DNA of 64,000 nucleotides from Synechococcales cyanobacterium (GCA_035285585.1 JAYKGU010000164.1:55609-119608), one strand, 5' to 3'; shown: positions 42,461 to 51,090, counted from the first letter of the stretch. Translations and numbers: made by a program. The notes: a model not told the origin generated them from the sequence alone.

Positions 42461-42781
42461 CTAGTAGGCTTTGCCCCGATACCGTCTTTCGTACTTGGTC
42501 TGTGGTGGCTGGGGAACTGGCTCATTGCTACCAGGGGCATAAACCGCTCCCCGATACCGGGGCTGGGTTGAGGATGCCTGAAGCGGCTTGCGGGCAGAGC
42601 CGGTGTCCACCAGTTCCCCGCCCTCGTAGGTTACTTGATTTTGCAAAATCAAGGCGCGCAGATTGTTCCAGGTTTGGTTAGGATGGGTTGTGAGCCACTG
42701 TTGACTGAGTTGCTGAGCGACCCGATCCGGTAGTTGAAACCGCCACATTAACGTAAGCCGAAGATCCAGTTGTTCTGTCAT
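42461..42781 (-). CDS. Small protein, DUF4278-like C-terminus (two YRGxxY motifs) plus a conserved ~65-aa N-terminal domain; paralogue 1
   Basis: C-terminal ...RYRGAVY...PQPP..KYERRYRGKAY. The ATG at 42781 is chosen over the upstream TTG by alignment with paralogue 2 (MTEQLDLRLTLMWRFQ versus MKDRLDLRITLMMRFQ). Confidence 0.6.
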   Translation of the reverse strand: MTEQLDLRLTLMWRFQLPDRVAQQLSQQWLTTHPNQTWNNLRALILQNQVTYEGGELVDTGSARKPLQASSTQPRYRGAVYAPGSNEPVPQPPQTKYERRYRGKAY

Positions 42782-42943
42782 AACCTTTGCCACAACTACT
42801 GACACTTTCAATTGTTCCTATTGAGAGAGCCAGTGGGGGCGACCTGGCGGCAACTTTATTGTTTTTTTAGAGGAAATTGCGGTTGTGTATGTAGCTGGTA
42901 AAGCTTAAGGCGTTATCTGGAAAAAGAATTAAGACCCAAGGCA

Positions 42944-43264
42944 TCAGTAGGCTTTGCCCCGGTACCTTCTGACGTACTTGGGCGGCAAGGGTGGCTGCGG
43001 GAAATCCCCACCGCTGAGGGGATAGGCCCTGCCTCGGTACTTGATCTCAGTTGATGGTTCCTGAAAAGAGTTGAGGGTAGCGCTGGTATCAATCAGTTCC
43101 CCATTCCAATAAGTGACTTGATCCTGCAGAATCAGCGATCGCAGGTCACTCCAGGTACGTCCGGGATGGGTGGCCAGCCACTTCTGGCTGAGCTGCTCGG
43201 CGGTCTGGTCACTGATTTGGAACCGCATCATCAACGTGATTCTGAGATCCAGTCGATCCTTCAT
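42944..43264 (-). CDS. Small protein, DUF4278-like; paralogue 2
   Basis: 106 aa sharing about 60% identity with paralogue 1 over the N-terminal domain. Identical C-terminal RRYRGKAY. Confidence 0.6.
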   Translation of the reverse strand: MKDRLDLRITLMMRFQISDQTAEQLSQKWLATHPGRTWSDLRSLILQDQVTYWNGELIDTSATLNSFQEPSTEIKYRGRAYPLSGGDFPQPPLPPKYVRRYRGKAY

Positions 43265-43513
43265 GGTCGTGTTACTAGGTGCTACTGGGTGCTGTCGGTT
43301 CTTAGCTCCAATTGTTGACGCTTGATGAAGGGCTGTCAGCGGTTTGTTCGTAGCTTTATTAACTTCTTTGAAGAAATCTCGGTTTTATGTGCGGTAAATA
43401 TGGGTTTTCTCGGAAAAAAAACTTCCATTTTGCCGCCACGAAGAAGTGATGAATTAGGGTCAGCCGTAGTCGGCGGAGACACTGTCCACTAGCCCTAAGT
43501 TTGTGCTATTTGA

Positions 43514-45794
43514 TTAAAGGCCAAGCAACCCGGCAATCAGCGGCAGCAGCCGGTTCACCGCCTGCACAAATTTCGTCGCGTCCGGCAGGGTCTTGGCCAT
43601 GCGGTTGAGGGTGCGGCTGGCCCTGGCGAGGACGGATTGGCGGGCTTCGGGTTCGTCGGACTGGGCGGCAGTGGCGATCGCCCCCACCGCTTCTTCGGCA
43701 TCGGGCTTTTCTTCGGCGGGCAGGTTGGGGTCGGTTTGGATGGCCTCCAGCAGTTCCGTGAGGTAGGCTTTGAGGTCGTTACCCGCTGCGGTCGGAGGAA
43801 TCTGGTTGAGGGCGTTGGTGACGGTGCCGCTGATGTCTCCCAGGTTGAGGGCAGCACCGCTGGCGGTGAAGTCGCCGCCCACGTTGCCAATTTTGATATT
43901 GCGGCTGGAGTCGGAACTGTTGGTCATGGCTTTGCTCTCCGAATGGCTAGTTGAAAGACTTTCTGATGCGCTTTTTGCCAGACTGTCGGACTGGCTATGG
44001 GACTGGCTATCGACAGTATTCGTATTGGCATTGGTAATCGTCAGATTCGACAACACGCTGCCCAAATTGCTCACGGTGGTCAAAGTAATCGCCTTGAGAT
44101 CATCGGCATGACGCCGCTCCGCCTCCAGCAGCGCCGCCGCTTTGGCCGCCTCCAGCCTGGCGGTGTAAACCTCATCCCAGGTGCGCTCAATTTGCCCTTT
44201 GTCTGCATCCTCCGGCACGTCCAGGGTCACTTGCACGTCGTTGCCCACTTTTTCAATGGAGCGAATCGAGTCGGGGGAAATCGCCGGATTATCGTCCATC
44301 AACCGCTCAAAGGCGGCCCGAAAGGCGTCTGCATTCACCCCATCCCGTAGTAAAAGCTGCACCGTGGTCATGATTTTGCGATACAGCCTGGCAAAGTCCC
44401 CCGGCTGAAACACTTTCTCCGGGTCGTGGGGACGGCGTTCGCGACTGCCGCGGGCGTTGGCCTGCTCCAGCAGAAAGACGAACTGGCAGTCCACGTGATC
44501 CAGGACGGTAGTGTGATCAATGTTCCAACCCTGCAAGCAGGCTCCCGTCAGGTAGGCGTGGGTGAAGTCAGCGTCGATGCAGAGGGTTTCTGTGAGGTTG
44601 GCAGCTTTGAGGTTGGCGGCCTGGAGAGTCGCGCCACTGAGGTCGGCCCATTTGAAGTTGGCCCCCTCCAGGTTGGCACCGCTGAGGTTGGCCCCCCGCA
44701 GGTCGGCGTCGATGTAGGACTGCCGGTAGCCGTTGAGGGTGGTCAGGAGCTTCAGCACGTTGAGGTCGGCAAGGATGGTGTCGCCGGGGCGAGCGCGATC
44801 GAGCTTGAGGGCGTCTTTGAAGCAGGTGCGGGTGAGGGTGGCGGCGCGGAAGTTGGTGCTTTTGAGCTGAGCGTGGCTGAAGTTGGCGTCAGTGAGATCG
44901 GCTTTGTAGAAGGAGGTGCCGCCCAGGGCACCAAAGGCTAAGCCAAAGCTGCGGATCACAAAGAATTTAGGATCGCCCCTGAGCGCTCGTCTCGCGGAAT
45001 AGATGCCCAAAGCAAAGGACAAGACTGCGAATGCGAATGCGACTGCGAATGCGACTGCGAATGCGACTGCGCCTGCGACTGCGCCTGCGCCTGCGACTGC
45101 GACTGCGCCTGCGACTGCGCCTGCGACTGCGACTGCGACTGCGACTGCGACTGCGACTGCGCCTGCGACTGCGCCTGCGACTGCGCCTGCGACTGCGACT
45201 GCTAATGCGACTGCGCCTGCGACTGCGCCTGCGAATGCGACTGCGACTGCGACTGCGCCTGCGACTGCGCCTGCGACTGCGCCTGCGAATGCGACTGCGA
45301 CTGCGACTGCTAATGCGACTGCGACTGCGCCTGCGCCTGCGACTGCGACAATAAGAACTATAGTACTAATTGCGCGAGTTGTAAAGCCTTGCCGAGCAAT
45401 TGCAATGGGTGTAGCCAGAATTGCAATTATCAAAAAGACGGTCACCACGATTCCCGGAGTATATCCAGCAACATCCGTAACTTCAGCGCTGAAGAAGTAG
45501 CTCACTAGAATGGCCACAAAAAAGACGTTGAGGAGTGCTGCAACAGCATTCAACAATATTGACAGCAGTACCGAAAGGATGAATTGGATAATGACCCATC
45601 GCCTTTGCAGCCCCGCCTTCGCGCCGCTAAAGTTCACCCCCGTCAGCGTCGCCCCGGCAAAGTTCGCCCCGCGAATATCCGCCCCGCTCAGGTTGGCTCC
45701 GCTCAGGTTTTGTCCCTTGAAGTTGCCACCGCGCAGGTTTGCGCCGCTGAAATCGCGTTCTCCTTGGGCATAGCGGGTGAGGAGGGAGGGGGGC
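43514..45794 (-). CDS. Large pentapeptide-repeat membrane protein with an internal poly(Ala-Val/Ala-Gly) tract and a unique C-terminal domain
   Basis: Two blocks of pentapeptide repeats (ANLSGANL...) flank predicted TM helices and a ~110-aa (AVAGAV)n stretch. The 300-aa C-terminal region is Ser/Thr-rich with no recognised domain. Start is taken at the ATG at 45794 (MPPSLLTRYAQGERDFSGANL). The same frame stays open a further 500 bp upstream through tandem repeats to 46294. Confidence 0.65.
45030..45350. repeat. Hexanucleotide tandem repeat (GCGACT/GCGCCT/GCGAAT)n, about 320 bp, inside the CDS
   Basis: About 53 hexamer units, translating on the coding (minus) strand to (Ala-Val/Ala-Gly)n. Confidence 0.9.
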
Positions 45795-45795
45795 A

Positions 45796-45836
45796 TGGGA
45801 TTTTGGATTGGGGATTTTGGATTGGGGATTTTGGAG
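45796..45836. repeat. STRR-like heptanucleotide tandem repeat (GGGATTT/TGGATTG x 6)
   Basis: GGGATTT TGGATTG GGGATTT TGGATTG GGGATTT TGGAGGG immediately 5' of the proposed start codon. Confidence 0.8.
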
Positions 45837-45896
45837 GGGTGACCAGCATCCCGTAGGGGCGATGCATTCGGTAGGGACGTTGTCGTCAGATGCAAA

Positions 45897-46085
45897 AGGT
45901 TCTGGCCGAATGCATCGCCCTTACCGCCGTGGATGAGGGGCAAAACGTTCTGGCCGAATGCATCGCCCTTACAACCGTGGGAGAGGGGCAAAAGGTTCTG
46001 GCCGAATGCATCGCCCTTACCGCCGTGGATGAGGGGCAAAACGTTCTGGCCGAATGCATCGCCCTTACCGCCGTGGGAGAGATTC
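45897..46085. repeat. 48-bp tandem repeat array (4 copies, two alternating variants)
   Basis: Unit GTTCTGGCCGAATGCATCGCCCTTACCGCCGTGGATGAGGGGCAAAAC, alternating with a ...ACAACCGTGGGAGAG... variant. It is open in both the minus frame (HGGKGDAFGQNVLPLI) and a plus frame. Confidence 0.85.
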
Positions 46086-46104
46086 CCTGATTTTGCTCTA
46101 CAGA

Positions 46105-46375
46105 ACCAAAGATAACCGATCCGCAAAAACGGGACCGTTTTCCTTAAACAAGAAATTTGCTGCTTTAATGGGGAGCGATCGCCCCTCAAACCCAACCCAT
46201 CTTGCCTTAAACAAGAAATTTGTTGCTTTAGTCGAGAATTATCTCGCTTTAAACCAGAAAATTGCTGCTTTAAAAGAGAGCGATCGCCCTCCAAACGAGA
46301 ACACCCTCACTTTGAACAAGACACTTCTTGCTTTGATCGAGAATCTTCCCGACTCAAACGAGATATTTATTGCTT
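46105..46375. repeat. Degenerate ~48-51-bp tandem repeat array (about 5 copies)
   Basis: Unit TTAAACAAGAAATTTGCTGCTTTAATGGGGAGCGATCGCCCCTCAAAC with HIP1 cores. The copies diverge progressively. Confidence 0.75.
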
Positions 46376-46485
46376 AAAAGGGGAGCGATCGCCTTTCAGA
46401 AAACCGTAGGGTGATCACTGCCGACCACAACCTTTTTGTGGTTCAGCGTGGTTCAGCGAGTCAACGGTGGCCACTGCCCACCCCC

Positions 46486-46733
46486 TGGTTGACTGACAAA
46501 ACTCTTGAAAGCCTGATTCTGCCGTAGTGGTACGACACAGCTAAAATGAGGCATTAGAGAAATTCGAGATGCCCGAATCGCCTAAATTGTGCCAAAAATC
46601 TATTGCACTACTTTAGCTGTGTCGTACCAGTAGGATGGGTTAGCGTCAGCGTAACCCATCGCAACCGTTACCGGTGTTGGGTTTCGCGTTGCTCAACACC
46701 AACCTACATCGGATCTTTTGTCAGTCAATCAGG
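46486..46733. mobile_element. MITE, copy A (family with CTGATTGACTGACAAAAG terminal inverted repeats), flanked by 9-bp target-site duplication GCCCACCCC; carries a nested second MITE
   Basis: Ends CTGGTTGACTGACAAAA ... TTTTGTCAGTCAATCAG. The flanking GCCCACCCC is directly repeated on both sides. The internal sequence is 95% identical, as reverse complement, to 63311-63458 except for a 102-bp insertion. Confidence 0.8.
46528..46629. mobile_element. Nested MITE (18-bp TIR TGGTACGACACAGCTAAA) inserted in MITE copy A with a 4-bp GTAG target duplication
   Basis: Perfect 18-bp inverted termini. The uninterrupted copy at 63311-63458 has a single CTAC/GTAG at the insertion point. Confidence 0.75.
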
Positions 46734-46956
46734 CCCACCCCACTTCATGAATAATCTAGAGTAGCGATATCCTGGAGGCAGTTTCGTTGACAACAATTGA
46801 GCAGGCAGTTATCTGCACCCAACTCGCTCAAGAGATCACCGGAATGTTTGTTCCCATATACCTTGTAAGGCTGGACGAACGCACTGGGAATCTGTTCATG
46901 TTGGCCGGGGACGAAATTGAGATTGAGATTCAGCCCAATGGACTTTGGGAATTTCT

Positions 46957-47181
46957 ATGACAAAACCTGATTTTCAAGCGATGGATTTACGGGAACTCAG
47001 GGCCTATGTTCTAAGCCATCGGCAAGACGATGAGGCGTTTTACATATTTGTCGATCGCCAGAAAGCCGCCCATCCCCAGCGAGTTCAGTATCCACTACCG
47101 CAAACCCAGGAGGATTTTGAGGCGATGCGGCGCATTGTCCGAGAGCGAATCCGGCAAATTCGACCGCATCATGACGCGTAA
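46957..47181 (+). CDS. Small hypothetical protein (74 aa)
   Basis: MTKPDFQAMDLRELRAYVLSHRQDDEAFYIFVDRQKA.. with balanced composition. The ATG at 46957 is preferred to the upstream TTG of the track ORF. Confidence 0.45.
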   Translation: MTKPDFQAMDLRELRAYVLSHRQDDEAFYIFVDRQKAAHPQRVQYPLPQTQEDFEAMRRIVRERIRQIRPHHDA

Positions 47182-47408
47182 TTCGGTCAAGGCCACCATA
47201 GCCGCAGGTCGGGGATCGGCATAGACAGGGGGGAGGTTGATCCGCCGATTTTTTTCCAGGATAAAAATCGATGACAGTGATGGGGAAAGTGTGTTAACGG
47301 GCACACTAGCGGCAAATCATCATTGCGCCCGATGATTACGCTCGATGATTGCGCCCGAAGGTTGCACCCGACTATCGCACCCGACTATCGCACTGGAAAA
47401 TTAGCCTT

Positions 47409-50400
47409 ATGGAGATGGGATCTGAACAGCTCGCGATCGCCCGTCAGCACTACCAGGCCAATCGCTTTGCGATCGCCGCCCAGCTTTGCCAGGAATTGGT
47501 CCAGGCCGACGTTTCCCAGTCAGCGGCCTGGCTTCTGCTGGGGTTGTGCCTCTATCGGCAAAAGCAGTTCCAGGAAGCGGAACATTGCTACCGCACCTTA
47601 CTGACCCATCAGCCCGATCACGTCGATGCCCTCAGCAATTTAGGCGTCATGCTCAAAGCCCAGGGGCGGCTGGCGGAGGCGATTCAGGTCTACGGACGGG
47701 CGATCGCCCTGGATCCTCAATCGGTGGCTATTTTGAACAACCTGGGCAATGCCTGCTGGCAGCAGGGGCAGCTCGATACGGCTCGCCAGCATTTTCAGCA
47801 GGCCCTCCAGCTTGCCCCCGATGATCTGGAGGTGCGCCAGAACCTGGGCAACCTGCTGCGGGAATTGGGAGACTATGGCGGGGCGATCGCCCACTACCAG
47901 CACCTGCTGCACCACCGCCCCCAGGACAGCGCCGTGTTGAACAATTTGGGCAACGCCCTCCAGGGGCTAAGGCAGTTTCCCCAGGCAGTGGCCTGCTACC
48001 AGTTGGCTCTCCGGTCTGCCCCCCAGGCCGCCCACATCTGGAGCAACCTGGGGGCAGCGCTCCAGGAGCAGGGATCTGGGGAGGAGGCGATCGCCGCTTT
48101 TCGTCGAGCGCTCGACCTGAAGCCCACCTACGCCGACGCCTACTACAACCTGGGCAACCTGTGGCGCAACCAAGATCGGCTGGCTGAGGCAATCGTGGCT
48201 TACCGCAAGGCGATCGCCCTCCGCCCCCCGTTCGCCATGGCCTACAACAACCTGGGGCTGGCCCTCCACGACCAGGGGGACTATGTTGGGGCGATCGCCG
48301 CCTACAGCCAGGCCCTGGCCCTCGAACCCGATCACGCCGACGCCCACCTGAACCGGGGCCTCTCCCACCTGATGCGGGGCAATTTCCAGGACGGCTGGCG
48401 CGACTACGAGTGGCGCTGGCGCGTGGTCGGCCCCAACTTCAAACCGCCGCGCACCTTCTCCCAACCCCAGTGGGACGGCTCCGACCTGACCGGCCAGACC
48501 ATCCTGCTCCACCCCGAACAGGGCCTGGGCGACACCCTCCAGTTCATCCGCTTCGCCCCCCTGGTCAAGGCCAAGGGCGGCACCGTCCTCCTGGAATGCC
48601 CCACCCCCCTCCTGCGGCTGTTTCAGTCCATGACCGGCATTGACCACCTCATTCCGGCGGGCCAACCCCTCCCCGACTTCCAGGTTCACGCCCCCCTGAT
48701 GAGCCTCCCCCACCTCCTGGGCATCACCCTGGCCAATTTGCCCAGCCAGGTTCCTTACTTGAGGCTTGCCGAGCAGTTAGAACTGAGGGGTCAGGAGTCA
48801 GAATTCAGGAGTCAGGAGTCAGAATCCGAAATCCAAAATCTAAAATCCAAAATCCAAATTCAAGAGTCAGAATTCAGGAGCCAGGAGGCAGAATCCAAAG
48901 TCCAAAATCTAAAATCCAAAATCCAAATTCAAGAGTCAGAATTCAGGAGTCAAAATCCAAAATCCAAAATCCAAAATCCAAAATTCAGAAAGATTGGCAT
49001 CGTCTGGGCGGGAAGTAGTGGACATCGGGGCGATCGCCACCGTTCCACCACGCTCCAATACTTCACCCGACTTCTGGAGCTACCGGACATCCAGCTCTAC
49101 AGCCTGCAAAAAGGCGAGCGGGAAGAGGATTTGGCGGAACTGGGCGATCGCGCTCCCCGCATCCACAACCTCGCCCCCGACCTCCAGGACTTTGCCGACA
49201 CCGCCGCCGCCATTGCCCAACTGGATCTGGTGATCACCGTCGATACCTCCGTGGCCCATCTGGCAGGAGCCTTGGGTAAACCCGTCTGGATTTTGCTGGG
49301 AGCCACCCCCGACTGGCGCTGGCTGAGCGATCGCCCCGAAAGCCCCTGGTATCCCACCGCCCGCCTCTTCCGCCAACCCACCCCCGGCGACTGGAACACC
49401 CTTTTCGACCAAGTGCTCAGCACCCTCACCCACCCTCACCCATCTCCCCACCCACCCACCCACCCACCAACACACCCACCCACCAACGCACCCACCCACC
49501 AACGCACCCATCAACCCATCAACGCATCAACCCATCAACCCATCAACCCATCAACGCTCACCCTCGCCCAATCCGCCTACCGCCAAAAGCGCTACTCCGA
49601 AGCCGCCACCCTCTACGAACAGGCCCTCGCCGCCACCACCGACCCAGCCGAACGCCTCGACCTCCAGACAAACCTGGGAAACGCCTACCTCCACCAAAAA
49701 CAGTTTCAGCGGGCGATCGCCCAGTACCATACCGTGTTGGCCCATGATCCGCAGCAGGGCAAAGTGCGCAACAACCTGGGGGTGGCCCTGCGGCAACTGG
49801 GGCGGCATCCAGAGGCGATCGCCCATTACCATTTTCTCCTCCAACAGCGGCCCACCGCCGACGCCCACTACAACCTGGCCAATGCCCTGCGGGATGAGGG
49901 GCAGCTTGATGCCGCCATGCACCACTACCGCCAGGCCCTGGAGCGACAGCCCGACTACGCCAGCGCCTGGAACAACCTCGCCAGCGCGCTTAAAGATGCG
50001 GGACGTGTGGATGAGGCGATCGCCTGCTACCGCCACACCCTCACCCTCGTCCCCGATCACGCCAGTGCTCACTACAATCTGGGCTACGTTCTTCTGTTTA
50101 AAGGCGACCTGGCGGCGGGGTTTGCGGCCTACGAGTGGCGCTGGCGGGTGGCCAATTTCAGGGCACCCCGATGCTGTCCCCAGCCTCAGTGGGATGGCGC
50201 TGACCTCCAGGGAGCCACGATTCTGCTGCACACTGAGCAGGGCTTTGGCGATGCCATTCAATTCAGTCGGTACGTGCCTTTGGTAGCGCAGCGGGGCGGC
50301 AGGGTAATTGTCGAATGTCGGCCTCCCTTAAGGCGGCTGCTAAGCACCGTGCCGGGGGTGGCGCAGGTCGTCTCCCCGGATGAGCCACTGCCGCCCTTTG

Positions 50401-51050
50401 ATGTCCATGCGCCGCTGATGAGCCTGCCCCACATTCTGGGCACCACCCTGGCGACGGTTCCTGCCCCGATTCCCTATCTCTCACCCCCCGCCGCAGACCT
50501 TCCCCTCCCTGAACCGTCCGGGCCGCTTACCGTGGCAACGTCTCCCCCTCTAAAGGTCGGTTTGGTATGGGCAGGCAGCCCCACCCATAAAAATGACGCC
50601 CATCGCTCGTGCCCATTCATGTACATCTGGCGACTGCTGCGATCGCCCGGAATCATTTTCTACAGCCTGCAAAAGGGCGATCGCACCCGCGACCTGGCGG
50701 ACTACTGCGACCACCAGTGGCCGGTGATTGACCTGGGCGATCGCCTCCAGGACTTTGCTGACACGGCAGCGGCGATCGCCCAGCTCGACCTGGTGATTAC
50801 CGTCGATACGGCGGTGGCCCACCTGGCGGGGGCGCTGGGCAAACCCGTGTGGATTCTCCTTTCCCAGCCCTGCGACTGGCGCTGGCTGGGCGCTCGGCCC
50901 GATAGCCCCTGGTACCCGACCGCACGCCTTTTCCGTCAGGCCCGACCGGGGGATTGGGCGGAACTGCTGGGTCGGGTCCGGCAGGCGCTGATAGACGGTA
51001 GGTTGGCGTTGAGCGAAGCGAAACCCAACAGGCATAGCCCATCAATTTAA
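47409..51050 (+). CDS. Tandemly duplicated TPR-repeat / GT9-like (heptosyltransferase-fold) glycosyltransferase protein
   Basis: Two consecutive copies of about 8 TPR motifs, a WRDYEWRWR motif and a GT9-like domain (GLGDTLQFIRFAPL.. / GFGDAIQFSRYVPL.., then KIGIVWAGS.. / KVGLVWAGS.., ending DLVITVDTSVAHLAGALGKPVWILL). The copies are joined by a His/Pro/Thr-rich linker. The start may be the track ORF's 47349. Confidence 0.75.
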   Translation: MEMGSEQLAIARQHYQANRFAIAAQLCQELVQADVSQSAAWLLLGLCLYRQKQFQEAEHCYRTLLTHQPDHVDALSNLGVMLKAQGRLAEAIQVYGRAIALDPQSVAILNNLGNACWQQGQLDTARQHFQQALQLAPDDLEVRQNLGNLLRELGDYGGAIAHYQHLLHHRPQDSAVLNNLGNALQGLRQFPQAVACYQLALRSAPQAAHIWSNLGAALQEQGSGEEAIAAFRRALDLKPTYADAYYNLGNLWRNQDRLAEAIVAYRKAIALRPPFAMAYNNLGLALHDQGDYVGAIAAYSQALALEPDHADAHLNRGLSHLMRGNFQDGWRDYEWRWRVVGPNFKPPRTFSQPQWDGSDLTGQTILLHPEQGLGDTLQFIRFAPLVKAKGGTVLLECPTPLLRLFQSMTGIDHLIPAGQPLPDFQVHAPLMSLPHLLGITLANLPSQVPYLRLAEQLELRGQESEFRSQESESEIQNLKSKIQIQESEFRSQEAESKVQNLKSKIQIQESEFRSQNPKSKIQNPKFRKIGIVWAGSSGHRGDRHRSTTLQYFTRLLELPDIQLYSLQKGEREEDLAELGDRAPRIHNLAPDLQDFADTAAAIAQLDLVITVDTSVAHLAGALGKPVWILLGATPDWRWLSDRPESPWYPTARLFRQPTPGDWNTLFDQVLSTLTHPHPSPHPPTHPPTHPPTNAPTHQRTHQPINASTHQPINPSTLTLAQSAYRQKRYSEAATLYEQALAATTDPAERLDLQTNLGNAYLHQKQFQRAIAQYHTVLAHDPQQGKVRNNLGVALRQLGRHPEAIAHYHFLLQQRPTADAHYNLANALRDEGQLDAAMHHYRQALERQPDYASAWNNLASALKDAGRVDEAIACYRHTLTLVPDHASAHYNLGYVLLFKGDLAAGFAAYEWRWRVANFRAPRCCPQPQWDGADLQGATILLHTEQGFGDAIQFSRYVPLVAQRGGRVIVECRPPLRRLLSTVPGVAQVVSPDEPLPPFDVHAPLMSLPHILGTTLATVPAPIPYLSPPAADLPLPEPSGPLTVATSPPLKVGLVWAGSPTHKNDAHRSCPFMYIWRLLRSPGIIFYSLQKGDRTRDLADYCDHQWPVIDLGDRLQDFADTAAAIAQLDLVITVDTAVAHLAGALGKPVWILLSQPCDWRWLGARPDSPWYPTARLFRQARPGDWAELLGRVRQALIDGRLALSEAKPNRHSPSI
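48786..48992. repeat. STRR-like heptanucleotide repeat (AAAATCC/GAATTCA/GGAGTCA, about 30 units), in frame within the TPR-GT9 CDS
   Basis: Strict 7-nt periodicity over about 207 bp. It translates to a 7-aa periodic linker (ESEFRSQ / IQNLKSK) between the two lobes of the first GT9-like domain. Confidence 0.85.
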
Positions 51051-51090
51051 GCAGGTGTTGGGTTTCACGCTGTTCAACCCAACCTACGAT
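50993..51090. repeat. Palindromic hairpin element related to the MITE core (GTAGGTTGGCGTTGAGCGAAGCGAAACCCAACA ... GTGTTGGGTTTCACGCTGTTCAACCCAACCTAC)
   Basis: About 95-bp imperfect palindrome sharing the core with MITE copy C (57118-57262). It overlaps the last codons and stop of the TPR-GT9 gene and fills the gap to the convergent glmM. Confidence 0.7.

Noticed and set aside
45003-45500. Plus-strand ORFs translating to (ANATAN)n and (MRLRLR)n
   Set aside because: Mirror frames of the hexanucleotide repeat. The coding strand is the minus strand (pentapeptide membrane protein).
45897-46375. Possible CRISPR array
   Set aside because: Repeats are contiguous with no unique spacers, the period of 48 bp is all repeat, and no cas genes are present. 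This is a tandem minisatellite, not CRISPR.
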